Assembly (NCBI GenBank): GCA_045563025.1 | Contig: JBJKUS010000008.1 | Span: forward strand, 282,464-346,463 | Direction: 5' to 3' | Length of the DNA stretch: 64,000 nucleotides | From: Alphaproteobacteria bacterium | GTDB lineage: Bacteria; Pseudomonadota; Alphaproteobacteria; Methylaequorales; Methylaequoraceae | Part shown: in pieces, positions 42,084 through 51,522 of the stretch | Layout of the letters: each line of letters begins with the position of its first letter | How positions within the stretch are numbered: the first letter of the stretch is position 1 | Translations under genes and position numbers: made by a program | The notes under the pieces: generated by a model | Seen by the model: only the letters and a program-made list of their open reading frames with translations | Told to the model about the DNA's origin: nothing | Database searches by the model: none

Positions 42084-44621
42084 TTAAAGCTTACCACAAC
42101 AATGTTTATATTTTTTTCCTGAGTCGCAAAGAGGACATATTGAATTTCTGGGTATTTTTTTATTTTGACTCTCAAGATTTGAGTTTTTTGAAATATTTTT
42201 GTTAGGATCAACATCTGTTTTGATTTCAATAAAACTTAAAATATTTGAGACATTAGCTCTAATTCCTTGCATCATCTCTTCAAACATAAGAAATGCTTCT
42301 TGCTTATATTCATTTAGTGGATCTTTTTGACCATAAGCTCTTAGCGAAATCCCTTGTCGTAGATGGTCTAGAGATAAAAGATGATCTTTCCAGCTTTTGT
42401 CTAGAATTTGAAGAAGTAAGCTTTTTTGTGCAAAAGCAAAAATTTCATTAGAATACTTTGTTTTCTTCAGGTTAATATTTCTGTCGGTAAGTTTTTTTAT
42501 TTCGTTTTTTAAGTCTTCTGGTTGAAGGTTTTCAAGCTGACTGAATCTTGAGAAGTCTAATTCTATATTCAAATTAGTTCTTAGTTTTTCTGAAATATCT
42601 TTTCTTTTTTTCTCATCAAGTTCCGACAAATCTGGGCAATTATTTTGAAGAAAGTCCTCTACAAAAGCGTCCATCATATCAAGAACTAAATCATCAATAT
42701 CTTCATCATTAATTATTTCTTTTCTTTGATTATATATAATTTTCCTTTGCTCATTCATTACATCATCAAATTTTAATAAACTTTTCCTTATTTCATAGTT
42801 TCTTGCTTCAACTTTTTTTTGGGCTCTTTCAAGTGCTTTTGTTATCCAAGGATGTTGAATGGATTCACCTTCTTCTAAACCTAGTGTTTTAAGAACGGAA
42901 TCAAGCTTTTCGGATCCAAAAATTCTCATTAAATCATCCTCGAGGGATAAAAAAAATTTAGATGCTCCTGGGTCACCTTGTCTACCTGACCGCCCTCTTA
43001 GTTGATTATCAATTCTTCTTGATTCGTGTCGTTCAGTACCAATTATGTATAACCCCCCTGAATCTAGAGAAGTTTTCTTGTTTGTTTCAAAATCAGAACT
43101 TGAATCTTGCCCACCAAGCTTTATGTCTGTTCCTCTTCCGGCCATATTAGTAGCTATGGTTACTTGACCAGGCTTTCCGGCATTAGCCACAATTTCAGCT
43201 TCTTTAAGATGATTTTTAGCATTTAGAACTTGATGTTGTATTTTTTTTCCTTGTAGGAGTCTTGAAATTTCCTCTGATTTTTCAATTGATACAGTTCCAA
43301 CCAAACAGGGTTGTTTTTTTTCTCTACAACTTTCAATTAATTTTATAATTGCGTTATATTTTTCATTAAGTGTTCTGTAGATCTCATCCTCGTAGTCGTT
43401 TCTTACCATCTTCATATTAGTTGGAATCTCTACTACCTCTAATTTATAAATATCAAAAAATTCATCTGCCTCTGTTTTCGCAGTACCAGTCATACCCGAG
43501 AGTTTTTTATATGCTCTAAAGTAATTTTGATAAGTAATAGATGCTAATGTTTGGTTTTCTACTTGCACTTCCAAATTTTCTTTAGCTTCAATTGCTTGAT
43601 GTAATCCATCTGAAAACCTTCTGCCCTCCATCGCTCTTCCTGTAAATTCATCTACAATCAGAACTTTTCCACCTTGAACTAAATAATCTTTATCCTTCTC
43701 AAACATAAACCTTGCTTTGAGAGACTGATTTGTGTGATGAAGAAGAGTTACGTTATTTATGTCGTATAAACCACCATCCACTAAGAGTTTATTTTGAGAA
43801 AAAGTTTTTTCTAAGCTTTCTACTGCTTTGTCTGTCAATACAACATTTTTAGATTTTTCATCTTTTTCATAATCGTTTTTATTTAATTTTGAAATAATAC
43901 TATCAACTATTTTATACAGCTTTGAAGATTCTTCAGCTGCTCCAGAAATAATCAAAGGGGTTCTTGCCTCATCAATTAATATTGAATCAACTTCATCGAT
44001 AATTGCAAATTCAAATTTACTTTGAACAATTTGATCCTTTGAGAATTTCATATTATCTCTTAAATAGTCAAATCCAAATTCATTATTGGTACCGTAGGTA
44101 ATGTCAGAGGAGTAAGCCTGCTGTCTTTGATTATCGTCCATTCCACCAACAATATAGTTTGTTGTTAAACCTAGTTTTTTAAAAACTTCACCCATCCATT
44201 CACTATCTCTTTTTGCTAAATAATCATTTACTGTAACAATATGCACAGGATTTCCTGAAAGAGAGTTTAAGTAGGCTGCAAGTGTGGAGACTAAAGTTTT
44301 TCCTTCACCTGTTTTCATTTCTGCAATCATACCTTGATGCAAAACCACTCCACCCATAATTTGAACATCATAATGTCTTTGACCCAAAGATCTTTTAGCC
44401 GCTTCTCTTACATTTGCAAACGATTCTGGTATTAAATCGTCAATATTAATACCGTTTTTAATTTTCTCTTTGAATTCCAGTGTGTTTTTTAAAAGTTGAT
44501 CATCATTGAATTTTTCATATTTTTTCTCAAGTTTATTTGTTGACTCAACGATAGGGATCAGTTTTTTTAAAAGTCTATCATTAGATGAGCCAAATAACTT
44601 TTTTGTAAAAAAATTTAACAT
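42084..44621 (-). CDS. secA: Preprotein translocase ATPase SecA
   Basis: EMKTGEGKT, DEVDSILIDEARTPLIIS, TNMAGRGTD, RHESRRIDNQLRGRSGRQGD. Confidence 0.98.
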   Translation of the reverse strand: MLNFFTKKLFGSSNDRLLKKLIPIVESTNKLEKKYEKFNDDQLLKNTLEFKEKIKNGINIDDLIPESFANVREAAKRSLGQRHYDVQIMGGVVLHQGMIAEMKTGEGKTLVSTLAAYLNSLSGNPVHIVTVNDYLAKRDSEWMGEVFKKLGLTTNYIVGGMDDNQRQQAYSSDITYGTNNEFGFDYLRDNMKFSKDQIVQSKFEFAIIDEVDSILIDEARTPLIISGAAEESSKLYKIVDSIISKLNKNDYEKDEKSKNVVLTDKAVESLEKTFSQNKLLVDGGLYDINNVTLLHHTNQSLKARFMFEKDKDYLVQGGKVLIVDEFTGRAMEGRRFSDGLHQAIEAKENLEVQVENQTLASITYQNYFRAYKKLSGMTGTAKTEADEFFDIYKLEVVEIPTNMKMVRNDYEDEIYRTLNEKYNAIIKLIESCREKKQPCLVGTVSIEKSEEISRLLQGKKIQHQVLNAKNHLKEAEIVANAGKPGQVTIATNMAGRGTDIKLGGQDSSSDFETNKKTSLDSGGLYIIGTERHESRRIDNQLRGRSGRQGDPGASKFFLSLEDDLMRIFGSEKLDSVLKTLGLEEGESIQHPWITKALERAQKKVEARNYEIRKSLLKFDDVMNEQRKIIYNQRKEIINDEDIDDLVLDMMDAFVEDFLQNNCPDLSELDEKKRKDISEKLRTNLNIELDFSRFSQLENLQPEDLKNEIKKLTDRNINLKKTKYSNEIFAFAQKSLLLQILDKSWKDHLLSLDHLRQGISLRAYGQKDPLNEYKQEAFLMFEEMMQGIRANVSNILSFIEIKTDVDPNKNISKNSNLESQNKKIPRNSICPLCDSGKKYKHCCGKL

Positions 44622-44680
44622 TGTATTTATTTATAATAATTTTATTAATAAGAATATATAAAATTAAAAAATTGTTCGAA

Positions 44681-45904
44681 ATGTCATTTTCTTTATCACC
44701 ATTAGCACCAAAAAAAAAAATTAATTTAAAAAAAATAGATGGCATCTCTGTTTCATCAGTTCACTGTGGATTAAAAAAAAATAAAAAAGATGATTTAGTC
44801 TTGATAAAATTCTCTAATCCTAGTCTTATTTATGGAGTATTTACCACATCCGTGACACCTGGCGAACCCATAATTTGGAATAAATCAATTATAAATAAAT
44901 CCAAAGCCTCTGCAATTTTGGTTAATTCAGGAAATGCAAATGTCTTTAATGGAATAAAAGGTAAGATTTCTGTAAAAAAAATAATTGAAAAATTATCAAG
45001 TGAGATGAAGGTTAACAAAAATGAAATTTTCTTAGCTTCAACCGGAGTGATTGGAGAGCCATTAGATCATGAAAAAATTATATCTAAAATCCCCTACCTG
45101 ATAAAAAACCAAAAAAATAATTCTGAATCTTGGGAAAAAGCAGCTAATGCTATAAGAACGACAGATACATTCTCAAAATTCCATTCTGAGGAATTGCATT
45201 ATGATAAAGATCGGATTTTTATTAATGGCATTGCTAAAGGTTCTGGAATGATAGCTCCGAATATGGCTACAATGTTAGGATTTATTTTTACAAATGCAGA
45301 TCTTTCCTCAGCAAGTTGTAAAAAGAAGTTTAAGAAATGCGTAGATAAAACATTCAATTCTATAACCGTAGATAACGATATGTCGACAAGTGATATGGTT
45401 CTAATAGTATCAACTGGAAAAATTATAAAGTTAGAAAATACATTATTAGATAAATTTTTCTCAAAGCTTGAAAATCTGATGACTAAACTTTCCCATTATA
45501 TTATCAAAGATGGTGAAGGTGCTAAAAAGTTTATCACAATAAAAGTTTTTGGAGCAACAACATATGAGAATGCAAAAAAGGTTGGCTTTTCAATTGCAAA
45601 CTCGCCTCTATTCAAGACTGCAATGGCTGGATCAGATTCCAATTGGGGAAGAATTATAATGGCTATTGGGAAATCAGGAGTTAAAATCAACTCTAAATTG
45701 ATATCAATTAGATTTGGAAAATTTGAGTTGATAAGAAATGGAGAAATGAAGAAAAATCTGAAAATGAATGAAATTGATGAATACCTTAAAGGAAAAGAAA
45801 TTGAATTATTTGTTTGTATTGGGAGATCCAAAAATTCTTCAACAATATGGACATGTGACTTAACAAACGATTATATCAAAATAAACACAGATTATAGGAG
45901 TTAA
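44681..45904 (+). CDS. argJ: Bifunctional ornithine acetyltransferase / N-acetylglutamate synthase
   Basis: NSGNAN, STGVIG, TTDT, KGSGMIAPNMATML, DGEGA, NWGR, WTCDL; ATG 44681. Confidence 0.95.
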   Translation: MSFSLSPLAPKKKINLKKIDGISVSSVHCGLKKNKKDDLVLIKFSNPSLIYGVFTTSVTPGEPIIWNKSIINKSKASAILVNSGNANVFNGIKGKISVKKIIEKLSSEMKVNKNEIFLASTGVIGEPLDHEKIISKIPYLIKNQKNNSESWEKAANAIRTTDTFSKFHSEELHYDKDRIFINGIAKGSGMIAPNMATMLGFIFTNADLSSASCKKKFKKCVDKTFNSITVDNDMSTSDMVLIVSTGKIIKLENTLLDKFFSKLENLMTKLSHYIIKDGEGAKKFITIKVFGATTYENAKKVGFSIANSPLFKTAMAGSDSNWGRIIMAIGKSGVKINSKLISIRFGKFELIRNGEMKKNLKMNEIDEYLKGKEIELFVCIGRSKNSSTIWTCDLTNDYIKINTDYRS

Positions 45905-45905
45905 A

Positions 45906-46295
45906 ATAACAAAAGTTGCAGCGTGTATATTAAAAAAAAAAAAAAAGATTTTAATTGCATCTAGACCTCATAATAAAATATTCGCAGGGTTCTATGAGTT
46001 TCCGGGTGGGAAGCTTAAAAAAAATGAGTTTTTATTATGTGGGCTGGAAAGAGAAATTCTTGAGGAGCTTTCTATAAGAATTAATAGAAATAAAGTAATT
46101 TTTTTGAAAGATTATTTAATTAAAAGAAGAGGAAAAGAAATACACCTTAACTTTTTTTTGTGTAATGAATGGGCTGGTGAAATAAAGTCAATGGAACTTC
46201 AAGAACTTAAATGGGTTAAACTATCAGATATTTTTAAATATAAAATGTTAACCTCAAATAGAAAAATAATCGATAGTCTGTGTTACTTACTATGA
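45906..46295 (+). CDS. mutT: 8-oxo-dGTP diphosphatase MutT (Nudix)
   Basis: Open frame (M)TKVAACIL...ILIASRP...YEFPGGKLKKNE...LEREILEEL (Nudix box); likely ATA start 5 nt after AGGAG; argJ-mutT order. Confidence 0.85.
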   Translation: MTKVAACILKKKKKILIASRPHNKIFAGFYEFPGGKLKKNEFLLCGLEREILEELSIRINRNKVIFLKDYLIKRRGKEIHLNFFLCNEWAGEIKSMELQELKWVKLSDIFKYKMLTSNRKIIDSLCYLL

Positions 46296-47087
46296 AGATT
46301 TCCAACTGCTTGATGAAACTATTTCGCAGGTAACTTTTAATTTTGAATCTGCGTTAGAGAAGTTATTTTTGTATACTTTGTCCAGTTCTTTTAAGTAAGA
46401 TCGTGAGATTTTTTTCTTTTTTTCATTTCTAAATCCATCTTCTCCAATTCCTTTTATATCTCTTAGAATTTGAAGAACATTATTGTAAAATATCTCAAAA
46501 TTAATTTTTTCAGTTATTATTTCACTAAAACCCTGATTTGCTAGCATTCCTGAAAACTCAACAAGTTTTAAGTTTTTTGGAAACCTTAAAAAAGATCCTC
46601 CATAAAATTTTTCATCAGCCAGAAAAAAAGAATTTTTAAGTTCAACCAGGGAATCTTCTCCAAAATAATTGCAAATTAATAAGCCTCCATTTTTTAAGAT
46701 TTTTTTTAAATTTTTTAAATATTCTATTTTAGCTGAAATGTTGTGAAAGCAAAAATTACATACTACCAAATCAAATGATTCCTCCTTAAAAGGTATTTTC
46801 TTAAAAGGAGAGAAAACTTTGTGAATTTTTTTTATATTAATATTTTCTATAAATAATTTATATTGGGAAAGATAAGATATATTTGTATGAGGTATTTTAC
46901 ATATTTCTGATATGGTTTCATCGAAGTCTGATGTGATTACTAGCACATCTTTAAACTCTTTTTTAATATCAATTATTTTTTCGTAAAGTAGACTTGAGAA
47001 TTTTTTAAATATAAAATTATGTTTTTTCCAATTTCTGAAAGCTTTATTTTTACTAGAGATTATTTTGTTTTCATCTGTTAAGTTCAT
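46290..47087 (-). CDS. SAM-dependent methyltransferase-like protein (BioC/NDUFAF5-like), degenerate motif I
   Basis: IPFKEESFDLVVCNFCFH, LKNGGL, FGEDSLVELK, LRDIKGIGE; usual position between mutT and grxC. Confidence 0.75.
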   Translation of the reverse strand: MNLTDENKIISSKNKAFRNWKKHNFIFKKFSSLLYEKIIDIKKEFKDVLVITSDFDETISEICKIPHTNISYLSQYKLFIENINIKKIHKVFSPFKKIPFKEESFDLVVCNFCFHNISAKIEYLKNLKKILKNGGLLICNYFGEDSLVELKNSFFLADEKFYGGSFLRFPKNLKLVEFSGMLANQGFSEIITEKINFEIFYNNVLQILRDIKGIGEDGFRNEKKKKISRSYLKELDKVYKNNFSNADSKLKVTCEIVSSSSWKSS

Positions 47088-47090
47088 ATT

Positions 47091-47351
47091 ATGAAAATTG
47101 TTATTTATTCTTCATTATTATGCCCTTATTGTGGGGCTGCAAAAGTTTTATTGAATAAGTTAAAACTTAGGTATGATGAGATTTTGATCGATAATAAACC
47201 TGAGGTCAAGAAACAAATGATAAAAATATCTAATAGGCAAACAGTTCCGCAGATCTTTTTTGATAAAATGCATATAGGTGGTTATGATGATCTTGAAAAA
47301 AAATATAAAAATGGTGAACTTCAAAAATTGATAAATGAAGAAAAGATTTAA
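47091..47351 (+). CDS. grxC: Glutaredoxin 3
   Basis: CPYC, TVPQIF, IGGYDDL. Confidence 0.93.
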   Translation: MKIVIYSSLLCPYCGAAKVLLNKLKLRYDEILIDNKPEVKKQMIKISNRQTVPQIFFDKMHIGGYDDLEKKYKNGELQKLINEEKI

Positions 47352-48135
47352 AATTCTTTGCTTGCAAACCAAAAGTAGTAAGGATCCTTACAAAAATATA
47401 ATTATGCTTGAGGGTTTATTTAAGAAACTTACCACTAAGGTTGATTTAGTTTGTTTGCCGGAATCTGTGGCAGTTTTTTCTGACGAAAAGAAGGATATAA
47501 ATCTCTTCTTGAAAAAATTTAAAGATCCATTTTTTAATTTAATTAAACAACAAGCTATAAAAAAAAGATGCTGCATTCAAATTGGTTCTGTTCCTGAGAA
47601 ATATAATCAGAACAAGTTTGTAAATCGATCCTATGTTATTGATGAAAATGGAAATATTGATTCTTTTTATGATAAAATTAATCTATTCGACGTAAAGTTA
47701 AATGATTATGAACACTATTATGAATCAAATAATTATGTCTCAGGCAAGAAGACTGTGGTATCAAACTTATCAATTGGTAAACTTGGATTATCAGTTTGCT
47801 ATGATCTTAGATTTCCAAAATTATATAAAAAATTAGCTAAAAAAGGTGCTGATTTTTTTTCTATTCCAGCTGCATTTACATACACCACTGGTAAGGCACA
47901 TTGGCATACATTAGTGAGGGCAAGAGCTATAGAGAATGGTTGCTTTGTTTTTGCTTCAGCACAAAATGGAATGCATGATAACGGTAGAAAGACATTTGGT
48001 CATTCGATGATAGTAAATCCTTGGGGCAAAGTCCTGGCTGAGGCAAAATCTAATGATAAATTTATTATAAGTGAAATTAATCTGGATGAGGTAAATTTGG
48101 TGAGAAGAAAAATACCATCAATGACTAATTACTAA
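47335..48135 (+). CDS. Carbon-nitrogen hydrolase (Nit1-like)
   Basis: LPE, YDKINLFDV, VCYDLRFP, PAAFT..TGKAHW, RARAIEN, GHSMIVNPWG. Confidence 0.9.
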   Translation: MKKRFKILCLQTKSSKDPYKNIIMLEGLFKKLTTKVDLVCLPESVAVFSDEKKDINLFLKKFKDPFFNLIKQQAIKKRCCIQIGSVPEKYNQNKFVNRSYVIDENGNIDSFYDKINLFDVKLNDYEHYYESNNYVSGKKTVVSNLSIGKLGLSVCYDLRFPKLYKKLAKKGADFFSIPAAFTYTTGKAHWHTLVRARAIENGCFVFASAQNGMHDNGRKTFGHSMIVNPWGKVLAEAKSNDKFIISEINLDEVNLVRRKIPSMTNY

Positions 48136-48503
48136 ACATAGCTGATAGAATAAGATATTTACTTTTAAAACTAGGTCGCTGATAAAATTTATTTGTTTTG
48201 AATTTCCTACATTATTTTTTATCAAAAATGTTTCACAGGAAAAAATCCAAACATACTTATTTAGTCGTACCTTTTAAAAATAGGTTTTTTATCTGTAGAT
48301 TTTATATTTTTCTCCAAATCAATTATATTTATTTAAATTTCAAGGAGCTTTGAGTGTCTAAATTTCTTTGATAAATCAATGGATCCTAAGTGCCAATTTG
48401 ATTTAGTGATGAATTTGGGATAATGTCTACTGCTTGATGCAAGTTCCAGAGCAATCCCTTCTTTTTTCTTTACAAAATCTATAAGATCATCAAAAAAAAG
48501 ATT

Positions 48504-49229
48504 TTATTCATTTAATTCAGATGCAAACATATAGTTTACAGAACAATCTTTAATTGTCTTCCATTGTTTATTTATTGGGTTATATATTACACCCTGAAAG
48601 TTGATATTCGTAAAATTATTGAGAATCAATTCTTTTTTTATTCTATTAGTTTTTATGAACTTACTCCAAATATGTGTTTTTTTGGGAACTAGTCTCAAAA
48701 TATTCTCTGCAAATACAATGGCTAGCAAATATGAAGAAAGTGTTTTATTAATTGTAGATCCAAGAAAAATACCATTTTTTTTTAAAAGTTTTTTTGAGTT
48801 TGAAATTAATATTCCAATGTCATCTATATGCTCAAGAACTTCCATACTTAATATGACATCAAATTTTTCGTTTAACTTAATTTCATCGTAACTTAGTGCC
48901 TTATAATTTATTTTTAGTTTATTTTTTTTTGAATGTTCTTTGGCAGCTTCAATTGCTTTTTTATTTTCATCAATGCCTGTAACTTTGGCACCTAACCTTG
49001 CTAGGGGCTCACATAATATTCCACCTCCACAACCAATATCAAGTATCTTTAAATTTCTAATTGAATTAATAGATTTCTTTTTTAGGGTATCTTTAATAAA
49101 CTTTATCCTAACAAAGTTAAAAGCATGTAAAGCTCTAAAGCTCCCATCGGGCTTCCACCATTCTGTTGCAAGCTCGTCAAATATAGAGTTGTCCTCAATA
49201 ATCCTTTTTGTAATTTTCTTGCTTTTCAT
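48504..49229 (-). CDS. ubiG: Ubiquinone biosynthesis O-methyltransferase
   Basis: LATEWW.PDGSF.ALH, LDIGCGGGILCEPLARLGA, MEVLEH, STIN, VNYM. Confidence 0.94.
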   Translation of the reverse strand: MKSKKITKRIIEDNSIFDELATEWWKPDGSFRALHAFNFVRIKFIKDTLKKKSINSIRNLKILDIGCGGGILCEPLARLGAKVTGIDENKKAIEAAKEHSKKNKLKINYKALSYDEIKLNEKFDVILSMEVLEHIDDIGILISNSKKLLKKNGIFLGSTINKTLSSYLLAIVFAENILRLVPKKTHIWSKFIKTNRIKKELILNNFTNINFQGVIYNPINKQWKTIKDCSVNYMFASELNE

Positions 49230-49282
49230 TTCAATATCTTTACATATGATAATATAAAATTTTTCAAATAAAAGTAATTTTA

Positions 49283-50491
49283 ATGCTAATAAACGTTATG
49301 AAATTTGGTGGTACTTCTGTTGCCAACCTCAATAGAATTAAAAAAGTAGCTCAAATTATAAAAAAAAAATTAATAAATAAAAATCAAAAGGCTTTAGTTG
49401 TAGTATCAGCTATGAGTGGGGTAACAAATAATTTAGTTGAAGAGTTTAGTAGACTAGAAATAGATATTAATGACCCTGAGTATGATTCTATTTTGTCAAC
49501 TGGAGAGCAATATTCCTCAAGCCTGATGAGTTTGGTCTTAAGCAAGTCTGGTCTAAAATCTCGTTCATTACTTGGATGGCAGATTCCTATTGAAACAGAT
49601 AGTAATTATAGTAGAGCGAGAATTAAAAAAATTAATTCAAAGAAAATATTAGAACTCTTTAGAAAATTTGATGTTTTAATTGTTGCAGGTTTTCAGGGTA
49701 TTTCTGATGATGATAGAATTACAACTCTAGGACGGGGTGGTTCAGACACTAGTGCTGTGGCTTTGGCTAAAACTGTGAAGGCAGATCTTTGTGAAATTTA
49801 TACAGATGTAGAGGGTATTTTTACCTCAGACCCAAGAATAGTAAGAAGTGCAAAAAAGATTAAAAATATTACTTATGAGGAAATTCTAGAGATGTCTTCT
49901 TCTGGTTCGAAGGTGCTTCATCCAAGATCAGTTGAATTAGCTATGAAATATGGTATTAAAATCCATGTTAGAAGTACATTTTCAGAAAAATTAGGAACAA
50001 TGGTTGTCAAAGAAGAAAAAGAATTAGAGAAGGAAATCGTAACAGGTATTTCAGTTTCCGATTATGAAGCTAACGTTTCGTTAAAGGGAATTCCTGACAA
50101 ACCTGGAATTGCAGGTGAAATTTTCTCACTTCTTTCAGAAGCTAATATTAACGTAGATATGATTGTTCAGAATATTACCGATGATGGAAGATATGCCAGT
50201 TTAACATTTACAGTTCCAGTTGAAGATTGCTCAAGATCAGTAGTTGTTTTAAAAAATTCAAAAATGAAATTTAAACAAATTAAATTTGATAAAAATATTT
50301 GCAAAGTTTCCATTGTAGGCGTAGGGATGAAGAGTAATGTGGGAGTAGCCAAAACAATGTTTGAAACATTAGCAAAAAAAAATATTAATATTAAAGTTAT
50401 CTCTACTTCAGAAATAAAGATCAGTGTTTTGATTGACTCGAGTAAGAAAAGAATTGCACTAAATGCTTTACACAAAGCTTATAAACTTTAG
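49283..50491 (+). CDS. lysC: Aspartate kinase
   Basis: KFGGTSV, VVSAM, GFQG, TLGRGGSDT, YTDVEG, two ACT domains. Confidence 0.96.
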   Translation: MLINVMKFGGTSVANLNRIKKVAQIIKKKLINKNQKALVVVSAMSGVTNNLVEEFSRLEIDINDPEYDSILSTGEQYSSSLMSLVLSKSGLKSRSLLGWQIPIETDSNYSRARIKKINSKKILELFRKFDVLIVAGFQGISDDDRITTLGRGGSDTSAVALAKTVKADLCEIYTDVEGIFTSDPRIVRSAKKIKNITYEEILEMSSSGSKVLHPRSVELAMKYGIKIHVRSTFSEKLGTMVVKEEKELEKEIVTGISVSDYEANVSLKGIPDKPGIAGEIFSLLSEANINVDMIVQNITDDGRYASLTFTVPVEDCSRSVVVLKNSKMKFKQIKFDKNICKVSIVGVGMKSNVGVAKTMFETLAKKNINIKVISTSEIKISVLIDSSKKRIALNALHKAYKL

Positions 50492-50502
50492 GTTAAAATT
50501 TA

Positions 50503-51522
50503 ATGGAAGCAGTTTATAATTATTTTCAAAGAGGCAGTGAGTTTTTAGGCACCAAATATCCTATTATGGGTGGTGCTATGACCTGGGTTTCAGAAAGCAA
50601 CCTGGTTTCAGCAATATCAAATGCAGGTGGACTAGGAGTTCTGGCTTGTGGTTCAATGGATGCACAAAAACTAAGAAATGAAATATTAACAACAAAAAAA
50701 AAAACAACCCATCCATTTGGGGTTAATCTAATTTTACTACACCCAGAAATAAATAGTTTAATAGACTGCTGCATTTCTGAAAAAGTTGAAATAGTTGTAT
50801 TTGCTGGTGGGTTTCCAAAAAAGAGTCAAATTGAAATTTTAAAAAAGAATAACATTAAAACCGTTTGTTTTGCCACAACATTAGCCATTGCAAAAAAAAT
50901 GGTTTCTAATGGGATTGATGCTTTGATATTAGAGGGTAATGAGGCTGGTGGGCATATAGGACCAGTTTCGGTTAATGTTTTAGTTCAAGAAATTTTACCT
51001 CACATTAGAGAAGTTCCAATTTTTGTGGCAGGAGGTATGGGAAGAGGAGAAATTATCTTAAAATTTCTTCAGTTGGGAGCGTCAGGTTGTCAAATTGGAA
51101 CGAGGTTTGTATGTTCTAATGAATCAATAGCTCATCAAAATTTTAAAAACATCTTTTTAAAATCTGAAGCTAGAAATGCTCAAGTTTCAATTGCTTTGGA
51201 TGAAAGACTACCTGTTATTCCAGTTAGAGCAATTGAAAATAAGGCAACTCAGGAATTTTTAGAAAAACAAAAAGATTTACTAAAGAGTATTGAGGATGGA
51301 AAAGTATCACTTAAAGATGCACAACTATCAATTGAGCATTTTTGGGCTGGATCACTGAAGAGAGCTGTAATAGATGGTGATGTTGAGAAAGGTTCACTTA
51401 TGGCTGGACAAAGTGTGAGTTTAGTAAAAAAAATACAAAGTGTTGAAGAAATATTATTAGAAATAATTCAACAGATGGAAAGTCAAGTAAGTTTTGAACA
51501 AAAGGGATTTAATAATGTTTGA
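50503..51522 (+). CDS. FMN-dependent oxidoreductase (nitronate monooxygenase / FabK-like)
   Basis: GGAMTWVS, PFGVNL, EGNEAGGHIG, AGG, GCQIGTRF, GSLMAGQSV. Confidence 0.85.
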   Translation: MEAVYNYFQRGSEFLGTKYPIMGGAMTWVSESNLVSAISNAGGLGVLACGSMDAQKLRNEILTTKKKTTHPFGVNLILLHPEINSLIDCCISEKVEIVVFAGGFPKKSQIEILKKNNIKTVCFATTLAIAKKMVSNGIDALILEGNEAGGHIGPVSVNVLVQEILPHIREVPIFVAGGMGRGEIILKFLQLGASGCQIGTRFVCSNESIAHQNFKNIFLKSEARNAQVSIALDERLPVIPVRAIENKATQEFLEKQKDLLKSIEDGKVSLKDAQLSIEHFWAGSLKRAVIDGDVEKGSLMAGQSVSLVKKIQSVEEILLEIIQQMESQVSFEQKGFNNV

